The notes under the pieces were generated by a model. The model saw only the letters and a program-made list of their open reading frames with translations, did no database searches and was not told the origin of the DNA. From an uncultured Clostridia bacterium (GTDB lineage Bacteria; Bacillota; Clostridia; TANB77; CAG-465), in NCBI GenBank assembly GCA_934149365.1, contig CAKPEI010000004.1:112487-176486 (forward strand): a DNA stretch of 64,000 nt. Direction: 5' to 3'. Both the position numbers and the translations under genes were made by a program. This document shows positions 38,401 to 45,926 of this stretch, in pieces (the first letter of the stretch is position 1; each line of letters starts with the position of its first letter).

Positions 38401-40110
38401 ATGAGTAAAAAAGTCACGAGTATTTTTATGGCTGTTTTGATGGTCCTGACGTGTGTTTTTACACAGATACCTGCAGTAACAGTCCATGCATTTTCAAGTT
38501 ATCAGGTTGAGGTTACTAAAGATAACGCGCCTATTAGAAATGGATATTATCAATCCAAGAAAATAGTGCGGAGAGTAAGTAAAGGAACAATACTCACAGT
38601 AATTGATGAAAAAACCAACTTGAAATTTAACAAGTGGTACAAGGTAGGCAAGGATGAGTATATATTTAGCGGTAACGTAAAAAAGGTACAGAAGCCTCAC
38701 ACACATAGTTATAAAAGGACGGGTTACGAAAAAGCGCATCCACATTATGCAATTTATGACTGTTCATGTGGTCAAGGAGGATATTGCTCTAATACGGAAA
38801 CTAAGAAACAGGCAGGATGTAATAAATGCTATCCACCTGAGGAGGCAAAGCTTAAACCATATGCTCCAGATATTCCAGTAATAAATCCTGAACAAACGGT
38901 CAAGGAATATCAGAGAGTACATGAGCACAAGTACAACATTACAGGGTATGCAAATGAACATCCGCATTATGCTCAAAAAGAATGTTCTTGTGGTAGCAAG
39001 ATAAAAGGAAACGAAACTACAAGAAAAGATGGTTGTGAAACATGTTACCCACCAATAGCTAAAGTGATAGAGTCCATGCCAGATAGATTTTCGCATGAAT
39101 GTAAATATGTAGCTATAGGTAGTTTTGCAGAACATCCCCATTATACTAAAGAAAAATGTGAAGAATGTGGAAACATAAGAACTAACACTTATGTTACTAA
39201 ATTCGATCCTAACTGTAGCATTTGTACATCTCCTTTTAAAACGGGAATAGATTATACTGATTTAACAGGAAGACTGTATGATTTGTCTAATGGTTATACG
39301 TGGGACTTTACAAACGGTCAAAAGAAAGAGTTATATGATTTTGCATCCGATTTACATGCATCTTTGGATATATGTGGTTTGGTGTTTGATGGCTGTGATT
39401 TGTTAAATGTTGCATTTTACATTGTAGAAGGAAAATGGGCAGATGCGGCTTTGTCTGGAGTAGCTGTAATACCATATATAGGCATTGTTACACCATCTGG
39501 TAAGGCAATAGCAAAATCTGGGAAGATAACCGTGGATGCAGCTCAAGGGACAGGAGCCAAAATTGTTAGAGAAACTACTGAAGATGTAGGTGAAAAAGTT
39601 GCTACAAAAATAACAAAAGATGTGGTAACTAAGAATTTGGGAAATTTATCCGACACTGCAAAAGCAATAGTAAAGAACTCTGACGATTACTCTGAAGGCT
39701 TACTTAGAACAATAAAGAAAATCTCTGAAAATCAAAAGGTGGATCTCTCTGATGCGTTTTATAAAAAACAGTTACTTTTAGGAAAGGATTATTCAGCAGA
39801 GATAGTTACAAAAAGTGGTCTTAGATATGCGAATGTGAGAGGTGAAAACCGGATAATGCATATTGTAGAAAGACACGGACTTTATTCTTCTGATGCAACT
39901 AGAAATCATTTTAAAGTGGCCGGGAAACAAATTTTCGACATTATAGATGATGTGGTGTTAGATGGTAATATCATAGCGAAGTCTCAAAGTAAAAATGGTA
40001 ATATGGTAATAGACTATATAGCACCTTATGTTATAGGAAGTAATGGTGAAATGAAATTACGTCTAATAACTTATGAAGGAAAAGTTGTAACGGCATTTCC
40101 AATGAACTAG
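38401..40110 (+). CDS. Secreted multidomain polymorphic-toxin-like protein: signal peptide, SH3b-like segment, 3 His/Cys repeats, PT-TG-like module, unassigned C-terminal domain
   Basis: Signal peptide ending ..AVTVHA/FS. SH3b-like aa 35-95. Repeats with HPHY..CxCG..CxxC at aa 99-146, 174-217 and 231-278. aa 320-375 (DICGLVFDGCDLLNVAFYIVEGKWADAALSGVAVIPYIG) resembles the pre-toxin TG module. The C-terminal ~100 aa carry IMHIVERHG. Confidence 0.6.
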   Translation: MSKKVTSIFMAVLMVLTCVFTQIPAVTVHAFSSYQVEVTKDNAPIRNGYYQSKKIVRRVSKGTILTVIDEKTNLKFNKWYKVGKDEYIFSGNVKKVQKPHTHSYKRTGYEKAHPHYAIYDCSCGQGGYCSNTETKKQAGCNKCYPPEEAKLKPYAPDIPVINPEQTVKEYQRVHEHKYNITGYANEHPHYAQKECSCGSKIKGNETTRKDGCETCYPPIAKVIESMPDRFSHECKYVAIGSFAEHPHYTKEKCEECGNIRTNTYVTKFDPNCSICTSPFKTGIDYTDLTGRLYDLSNGYTWDFTNGQKKELYDFASDLHASLDICGLVFDGCDLLNVAFYIVEGKWADAALSGVAVIPYIGIVTPSGKAIAKSGKITVDAAQGTGAKIVRETTEDVGEKVATKITKDVVTKNLGNLSDTAKAIVKNSDDYSEGLLRTIKKISENQKVDLSDAFYKKQLLLGKDYSAEIVTKSGLRYANVRGENRIMHIVERHGLYSSDATRNHFKVAGKQIFDIIDDVVLDGNIIAKSQSKNGNMVIDYIAPYVIGSNGEMKLRLITYEGKVVTAFPMN

Positions 40111-40121
40111 GAGGTAAAAAC

Positions 40122-40346
40122 ATGAAGTGTAATTTTTGTGGTCAAGGAGACATTGTCGTAGCTACAATGAAAGATGGCAAAACTAAACTTGCAATTTGTG
40201 ATGAATGCGACGAGGTCTACGAAATTGATAAAAATGGCAAAGTTGTAATGGATCATGATCCAAACGACGTCGAGTATAATGAAAGACTAAATGCTTTATT
40301 TAAGTCTTGGGATGACGTTTTGTCTTACGTAAAGTATGATGAGTAA
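40122..40346 (+). CDS. Candidate immunity protein (74 aa, zinc-ribbon-like CxxC..CxxC)
   Basis: Starts 12 nt after the toxin stop, behind its own GGAGG. CNFCGQGD .. CDECDE. Acidic. The role is inferred from position only. Confidence 0.45.
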   Translation: MKCNFCGQGDIVVATMKDGKTKLAICDECDEVYEIDKNGKVVMDHDPNDVEYNERLNALFKSWDDVLSYVKYDE

Positions 40347-40393
40347 TATGTCGTAGATTTTAATTAAAAATATGTGCAAGAGGAGGAATAGAC

Positions 40394-41116
40394 GTGAATA
40401 AAATTCTGAGAGTACTTGTTACTATTATTTTGTTTACTACCTTAATTGGAACAGCTGTCATGGCTTCAAGTGACTTCTGTAAAGAATCTGAAGATGGTGA
40501 ACACTTATTTGAAAGTATGGATGTAGAAAATAAACATCCACATGCAGGAGAATATACATGTTATTGTGGTGAGAAGATTTATTTTTCAAAGTCGTACTTG
40601 CCAGAGGAGTGTAAAAAATGCAGAGAAGAATTGTGCAAAGTTGGTATACACAATTACTCTTTTGATAGCTATGAAGAAGATGGAATTATACTATGTGAAT
40701 GCTATTGCGGAGATACAGAGTATCTATCTAAAAAAGAGTCTGATGAATTTTTAAATAAAGTAGGAAAAGAGGAAGTTATACACTTTCCTAATTGTGAACT
40801 TACTTATGAAAAAATTCATCCACATGCAGGCTATACTGAATATTCTGATGGTTATGTAGAGTATTTTGATGATTTTCATGCAGGTGACTGTATAATATGT
40901 CAGTTTAATGATGACTATATTATAGAAGTTGATAATTACCAAAGAGACCTTATAATATACGGTGAAGGAATCAGAGAAGAGTATGATTCTTCAGAAGATG
41001 ATTCGTATAATTCTAAAGCCACCAACTATTATGAAGGAAACTATGGAAACACTTCAAGTGTTCAGGAATATGATGACTTTTATGAGTGGCTTGAAATTAT
41101 GAAAGAATTATTGTAA
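40394..41116 (+). CDS. Secreted His/Cys-repeat protein related to the toxin's N-terminal module, with no toxin domain
   Basis: GTG start 7 nt after AGGAGG. Signal peptide ..GTAVMA/SS. KHPHAGEYTCYCGEK..CKKC and KIHPHAGY..CIICQ motifs. Acidic Tyr-rich C-terminal tail. Confidence 0.6.
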   Translation: MNKILRVLVTIILFTTLIGTAVMASSDFCKESEDGEHLFESMDVENKHPHAGEYTCYCGEKIYFSKSYLPEECKKCREELCKVGIHNYSFDSYEEDGIILCECYCGDTEYLSKKESDEFLNKVGKEEVIHFPNCELTYEKIHPHAGYTEYSDGYVEYFDDFHAGDCIICQFNDDYIIEVDNYQRDLIIYGEGIREEYDSSEDDSYNSKATNYYEGNYGNTSSVQEYDDFYEWLEIMKELL

Positions 41117-41127
41117 TCATTATGGGA

Positions 41128-41166
41128 GAGTGTTAAGAAGTTAAAACTTCTTAGCACTCTTTCTAG
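41128..41166 (+). terminator. Rho-independent terminator of the toxin-like operon
   Basis: 16-bp stem agagtgttaagaagtt / aacttcttagcactct (one G-U pair), then ttct. Confidence 0.8.
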
Positions 41167-41279
41167 ATTTAGTAACAGTTAAGTTTTTTTGTTAGAAAAT
41201 ATATAAAAGTATTGAAAAAAGATATAATATACGGTAAAATATGGACATAAGTGGAAATAATTAAAGAGGTGAATAATAA

Positions 41280-41348
41280 ATGTTAACTAAAACGCGTAAA
41301 ACCATTGGGAGAGTAACACACGCGCGCGCACACACAAGTAATATCTAG
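41280..41348 (+). CDS. Speculative 22-codon basic mini-ORF
   Basis: AAAGAGGTGA lies 7 nt before the ATG. The peptide is MLTKTRKTIGRVTHARAHTSNI. It contains the alternating Pu/Py tract. Confidence 0.2.
   Translation: MLTKTRKTIGRVTHARAHTSNI
41316..41336. repeat. 21-nt alternating purine/pyrimidine tract (AC)3(GC)4(AC)3A
   Basis: acacacgcgcgcgcacacaca read directly from the sequence. It is an extreme compositional outlier in this AT-rich window. Confidence 0.9.
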
Positions 41349-41543
41349 AAATAAACTAGATAGAGGTTTTTGCGCATATAAAGAATATATATTAGATAAA
41401 ATAAAGTTAGTTATACAGTAAAAGGTATAGCTAGCTTTTTTGCGTTTAAAGTAAGGTATAACCATGACATATGTCATGTAAATATACACACAATGTATAA
41501 ATAGAGAAAACATAAAAAAATAGGCAAAAGCAATCAAAAATAA

Positions 41544-41572
41544 TTGCAAAAATTAAAGTAATGTGAAATAAT
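41544..41572 (+). promoter_or_regulatory. Candidate promoter shared with the paralogue at 59106-59134
   Basis: TTGCAA, 17 nt, AATAAT, with the block aTGTGAAATAATAT conserved in both copies. Confidence 0.45.
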
Positions 41573-41616
41573 ATGTATATATTAAAATTGTTCTAAGAAA
41601 ATGGGAGGTAAAAAAT

Positions 41617-42751
41617 ATGGGAACAAAAGTAAAATCGAGAAAGCGGAATATCATTAATAGTATTAGTAATAACAATAATAGTAATGATAATATTAGCAGC
41701 CGCAATAATACTATCACTATCAAATAGTGGAATAATAGGGAAGGCAAATAAAGCCAAAACAGATAGTGATACAGCAAATTTAAAAGAGTATGTAAATACA
41801 CTAAGAGCAGAATGGGAGTTAATGACAGCAGAAGAACAAACAGCAGCAGGGTCATTTGTAGATTATGCAAATTCTAAGTTAGCTGAGAAAGGTTACAAAA
41901 GAGAGCTAGCAGCAGATGGAGAGACAGTAATGAATGAAAATGCGACAGCAGCAGTAAAAGCAGGAATAAAGGTAGGATGTGAGGTAGAAGGTTATAATGA
42001 TTTGCTTGATGAAAAGGAGTATCCAATAAAGGCAGGAGTGATAGATGCTACAGATGAACAAACATTAAAAACAAATTCGAAATATAAGTGGTATTATATT
42101 GGAATAGGAGAAGATGGAAATTTATTAATAGCGCCTAAAATATCAGGAACATTAGCAGCAGAAGATAAGATGACGTTAAAAGGGGTAAAAGGATATTTAA
42201 ATGGAGAAGAAGAGTTAAATAATGCGTGTAGGGTACTATATTCGGTAGAAGGAAAAGGAACGGCAAGAAGTATGAATATAGATGATGTGAATAGTATATT
42301 GGGATATACTGGTGAAAAAGGCCAATATTACGATGAAACTGATAATTTGCTTACAATAGGTCAAACTGGTCAAGTTAAAGAATTGGGCACAAATACAAGA
42401 ACTCCAGAGAAACCAACAAATGGAACAGTAGAAGATATAAGTAAATATAAATTAGATTTTTATAGTGTAAGTAAATCAAGAACTGATATTATAAACAAAG
42501 AACTTGTATTCGCATCTAGTGACACTTGTGCGTATTGGCTTTCATCTACGTGTGTTGGTGCGTATTTTAACCTTGGTTATGCCTTTTTTAGTATGCGAGG
42601 AGTGAATTCTATAAGTGTAAACTCATATAGCTTGTTTTATTCACAAAACAGTTCAAGAACAATGTCCTGTGCAGTTCGTCCTGTAGTAGCATTAAATTCT
42701 AATATGAAATTAACACCAAATGCAGATAAAACAGTGTGGGCAATAAACTAG
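41617..42751 (+). pseudogene. Pilin-like protein with DUF1566-like C-terminus, paralogue of 59181-60356, N-terminus disrupted by a 1-nt insertion
   Basis: GGAGG (41604-41608) then ATG at 41617 gives MGTKVKSRK. After an extra C at 41644 the +1 frame reads GISLIVLVITIIVMIILAAAIILSLSNSGIIGKANKAK, near-identical to the 59181 protein. The original frame stops after 36 codons. Confidence 0.6.
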
Positions 42752-42788
42752 AGTGAGATGTTTTAAAATATGGTAGTATAATATATTA

Positions 42789-42815
42789 AAAGTCACAGGA
42801 AACTGTGGCTTTTTT
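42789..42815 (+). terminator. Rho-independent terminator
   Basis: aaagtcacag (42789-42798) / ctgtggcttt (42803-42812) plus T run. Confidence 0.8.
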
Positions 42816-42922
42816 GTGCATTATTTTATCACAAGATATATGTGGAAATTGTTTATTACTTATGATATAATTCAGTAGGAGTTGTTATTAACCTTGAGTT
42901 TAATTAAATTAAGGAGGTAAAT

Positions 42923-44041
42923 ATGTATAAAAGTTTAGTAAAAATTGCTATTACAGGTGGCCCCTGTGGAGGAAAGACTAGTGGACTTGCTAGAGTAAGC
43001 AGAGAACTTTCGGATAAAGGATATGAAGTTATTGTTGTTCCAGAGGCAGCGACAATGATTAAAAATTCAGGAACTAAAATCGGAGATGATTTTGCCAGTG
43101 TATTATATTTTGAAAAAATGGTGATGAACCTGCAACTTTTCAATGAAAGAATGTATGAACGGTATGCAGAAAAGCTGTATGGCAGAAACGTGGTACTTCT
43201 TTGCGATAGAGGAGTTGTTGATTGTAAAGCATATGTAAAAGAAAATGAATACAAAGATTTGGTTGAAAGTGAAGGCTATAGTGAAGTGGAAATTCGTGAT
43301 AGCTATAGTGCAGTATTTCACTTAAAAACTGTTGCTGATGGCAAAGAAGAGTTCTATACTTGTGAGAACAATTTAGCTCGTACAGAGACACCAGAAGAAG
43401 CAAGAAAAAGTGATATAAAAACAGTTAATGCTTGGGTAGGACATCCACACTTCAGAATTATTGATAATAGCACTGATTTTGATGGAAAGATGTCAAGACT
43501 TATGGGTGAAATATATTCATTTTTGGGAGTCCCCGTTCCACTTGAAATTGAGAAAAAGTATCTCATATCAATGCCTGATCTTGAGTTTATTCTTAAAGAA
43601 TGTAAAGCGGTAAAATCTGAAATAGTTCAAGTGTATTTACTACCTTCAAAAGATAATGAAGAAGTACGTATAAGGCAAAGAGGGGCAGAAGGAAGTTTTG
43701 CATATTATCTTACACGCAAGATTAAATTAAATGATATTTCAAGACATGAGGTTGAGGAAAAAATTACTAAGGATAAGTACCTTAGCTTACTTATGGAGGC
43801 AGATACAAGTAAAAATGTTATACGTAAAACTAGATATTGTTTTGTGTATGAAAATCAATATTTTGAACTTGATGTATATCCATTTGAAAAGGAAAAAGCA
43901 ATTCTTGAAATTGAGCTTACAAATGAAAATCAAGAAATAGCTATTCCTCCGTTTATTTCGGTAATAACTGATGTTACAAAGGATGATAGATTTAAAAATG
44001 CAAGTATAGCGGAAAACAAAGATGTTTTTAAAATGATTTAA
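42923..44041 (+). CDS. P-loop NTPase (AAA_28/NadR-kinase-like) fused to a CYTH domain
   Basis: Walker A ITGGPCGGKTS. C-terminal half has the CYTH signature ExExK (LEIEKKYLI), with later acidic and basic strands (RIRQRG, RHEVEEKI, FELDVY, ILEIEL). Confidence 0.75.
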   Translation: MYKSLVKIAITGGPCGGKTSGLARVSRELSDKGYEVIVVPEAATMIKNSGTKIGDDFASVLYFEKMVMNLQLFNERMYERYAEKLYGRNVVLLCDRGVVDCKAYVKENEYKDLVESEGYSEVEIRDSYSAVFHLKTVADGKEEFYTCENNLARTETPEEARKSDIKTVNAWVGHPHFRIIDNSTDFDGKMSRLMGEIYSFLGVPVPLEIEKKYLISMPDLEFILKECKAVKSEIVQVYLLPSKDNEEVRIRQRGAEGSFAYYLTRKIKLNDISRHEVEEKITKDKYLSLLMEADTSKNVIRKTRYCFVYENQYFELDVYPFEKEKAILEIELTNENQEIAIPPFISVITDVTKDDRFKNASIAENKDVFKMI

Positions 44042-44047
44042 AAGATT

Positions 44048-44083
44048 AGAAAGAATGATATTATATATGTCATTCTTTCTTTA
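44048..44083 (+). terminator. Rho-independent terminator
   Basis: Perfect stem agaaagaatga (44048-44058) / tcattctttct (44070-44080). Confidence 0.75.
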
Positions 44084-44165
44084 TATAATATTAACAAATT
44101 TTTTAAGTATATATGTTGAAAATTCATTTAATATGGTATAATATAGAGCAAAGGTGATAAAAAAT

Positions 44166-44561
44166 ATGGAAAAAGAGTTGGACATAAGAGAGTACAATAT
44201 AAAGACTCTTGCATACATGGGAGATGCTGTGTATGAGCTATATGTAAGAGAACATGTGGTAAAGAATTCAAGAGAGGTTGCAAGTAAATTACATAGAAAG
44301 ACGATAAAATATGTAAGTGCTAAAGCTCAAGAATACGCTATGTCTAGAATATATGAGTTACTTACTGAAGAAGAAAAAGAAATATATAAAAGAGGGAGAA
44401 ATGCAAACGCTAATACAGTTCCAAAAAACACAGATGTTGTAATATATAAAAAGGCAACTGGGTTTGAGGCTGTTATAGGTTATTTATATTTAACTAAACA
44501 AAAAAGAAGATTAGAAGACATTGTTAAGGAAAGTATAAAAGTAATAAGTGAGAGGGTTTGA
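44166..44561 (+). CDS. mrnC: Mini-ribonuclease III
   Basis: The LAYMGDAVYELYVREH motif and ~130 aa size. ATG at 44166 is 8 nt after AAAGGTGA. Confidence 0.88.
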   Translation: MEKELDIREYNIKTLAYMGDAVYELYVREHVVKNSREVASKLHRKTIKYVSAKAQEYAMSRIYELLTEEEKEIYKRGRNANANTVPKNTDVVIYKKATGFEAVIGYLYLTKQKRRLEDIVKESIKVISERV

Positions 44562-44565
44562 TATT

Positions 44566-44832
44566 ATGAATACATATGATAAAAATTATGACTGGGGTTT
44601 AAATAGTGAAATGGAGAATTTATTAAATGGCATAAATTTGGACACGGATAAGCATGTGTTATATACAAATGGTGATAAACAGTACATGTATGATAACGGA
44701 CAGGTGTATGCTACTAATTCTAAATATTATTCTAAAGGTAAACTTATATCAAAAGCCCAGTTTAGAGAGCAAACAGAAGAAATGATGATAAATTACAAAT
44801 GTAATAGAAGAAATGATAACGTAATTGAGTAA
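44566..44832 (+). CDS. Hypothetical small protein
   Basis: ATG at 44566 behind GAGAGGG. 88 aa. No motif recognised. Confidence 0.45.
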   Translation: MNTYDKNYDWGLNSEMENLLNGINLDTDKHVLYTNGDKQYMYDNGQVYATNSKYYSKGKLISKAQFREQTEEMMINYKCNRRNDNVIE

Positions 44833-44858
44833 GAGTGAAAAAGCTCTTACTTTTTTTT
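44828..44858 (+). terminator. Rho-independent terminator
   Basis: agtaagag (44828-44835) / ctcttact (44844-44851) plus a T8 run. Confidence 0.8.
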
Positions 44859-44916
44859 CACCAAAAAGGTTATAGTTCATATAATATACTATGATTATGT
44901 GAAAGGAGTATATTAT

Positions 44917-45495
44917 ATGGAAGATGAAGAAAGATTTTTAGGAGATGGACTGTTCTGGAATATAGGTCCAATTGCTACTGCACCAAATGGTTTAACTTAT
45001 GGAATTACATATCCTGGCATGATGCCTTTTTGGGGTTTTGGTTTAGAACCTAATTTATGGGGAGAAGCAAATATCCCTGAAACTTTTGAAGAGCCTGTTA
45101 TGAGACATCACATGGGTGGTATGCAAGGCAAGATGATGCCAATAGATGTACTTTATCCTAGATGTCACAAGATGATGCAGGATGTTGTATATATGGAATG
45201 TAACAATTTCTTTAAAGCAAATAATGGAATTATGCCAAATAAAATAGCTAAAGAAGAATTTTGTAAAATGGTGGAAAGATGTACAATGCATATAATGAAA
45301 AATGAAGATATGTTTATGAGTAAACTAAAGGAGAACTGGGCATGCAGTAGAGAAGCAGAAGATACTGAAGTAGAGGAAGAAGAAAATGAAACAAGGTCTT
45401 ATATGAAAATGTATGACAAACTTCTTATAGGTAGCATGATAGGAATATTACTTATTCAAGAACTAAAAAGAAGAGGTTGTATGTATTGTTATTAA
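44917..45495 (+). CDS. Hypothetical Met/Cys/His-rich protein with C-terminal hydrophobic segment
   Basis: ATG at 44917 behind AAAGGAG. About 21 Met in 192 aa by hand count (e.g. VMRHHMGGMQGKMMP). Ends ..RRGCMYCY. Confidence 0.55.
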   Translation: MEDEERFLGDGLFWNIGPIATAPNGLTYGITYPGMMPFWGFGLEPNLWGEANIPETFEEPVMRHHMGGMQGKMMPIDVLYPRCHKMMQDVVYMECNNFFKANNGIMPNKIAKEEFCKMVERCTMHIMKNEDMFMSKLKENWACSREAEDTEVEEEENETRSYMKMYDKLLIGSMIGILLIQELKRRGCMYCY

Positions 45496-45510
45496 AGAAT
45501 ATATAAATAA

Positions 45511-45543
45511 GAGCCTAAGTAAGGGTGTTATTTACTTAGGCTC
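45511..45543. terminator. Bidirectional terminator between convergent genes
   Basis: Perfect 12-bp stem gagcctaagtaa (45511-45522) / ttacttaggctc (45532-45543). Confidence 0.85.
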
Positions 45544-45550
45544 ATTAATA

Positions 45551-45925
45551 TTAATTGTTTATTTTGTCTATACAATCTAATTGTTTTTGAGTTTGTGTAT
45601 ATTCGGCTATTTTTTCTATATAATAGTCTCTATTATCAATATAATCATTTAAAGCTTGAGATGCTATTGAACCAAATATTGTAACTCCAAATATAAAGCA
45701 AAGTAGAATTATACCTAAAAGGTCATATTTTAATGTTATATTTTCCTTTGTAGAATAGTACAATATTTCAGCACCTATTAAAATTAGAATAATAGGCCAA
45801 GCATATAACGTGTATTTTAAAACTTTTATCCCTATAAACATAGAGGCAAATGCGGCAATTCCAATTAATATTAGGCAAAAACCTATTGTGAATGTTCCTA
45901 CCTTTTTTATCTTTGTATTTTCCAT
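45551..45925 (-). CDS. Hypothetical membrane protein (last gene of the ECF sigma operon)
   Basis: ATG at 45925 behind AGGAGG. About four TM helices. Confidence 0.55.
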   Translation of the reverse strand: MENTKIKKVGTFTIGFCLILIGIAAFASMFIGIKVLKYTLYAWPIILILIGAEILYYSTKENITLKYDLLGIILLCFIFGVTIFGSIASQALNDYIDNRDYYIEKIAEYTQTQKQLDCIDKINN

Positions 45926-45926
45926 A

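Noticed and set aside
41117-41616. Possible c-di-GMP riboswitch upstream of the pilin-like gene (by analogy with C. difficile pilA1)
   Set aside because: I compared it by eye with the GEMM-I and GEMM-II sequences I remember and found no convincing match. The paralogue's upstream region (59067-59180) shares only the promoter block. It needs cmscan to exclude formally.
41283-41870. Two - strand ORFs (88 aa and 105 aa, Leu/Phe-rich) in the spacer and opposite the pilin-like gene start
   Set aside because: They have no SD and start at TTG/ATG by chance in AT-rich DNA. The 105-aa ORF is antisense to the conserved pilin helix-coding region, and the same artefact appears opposite the paralogue (59320-59676).
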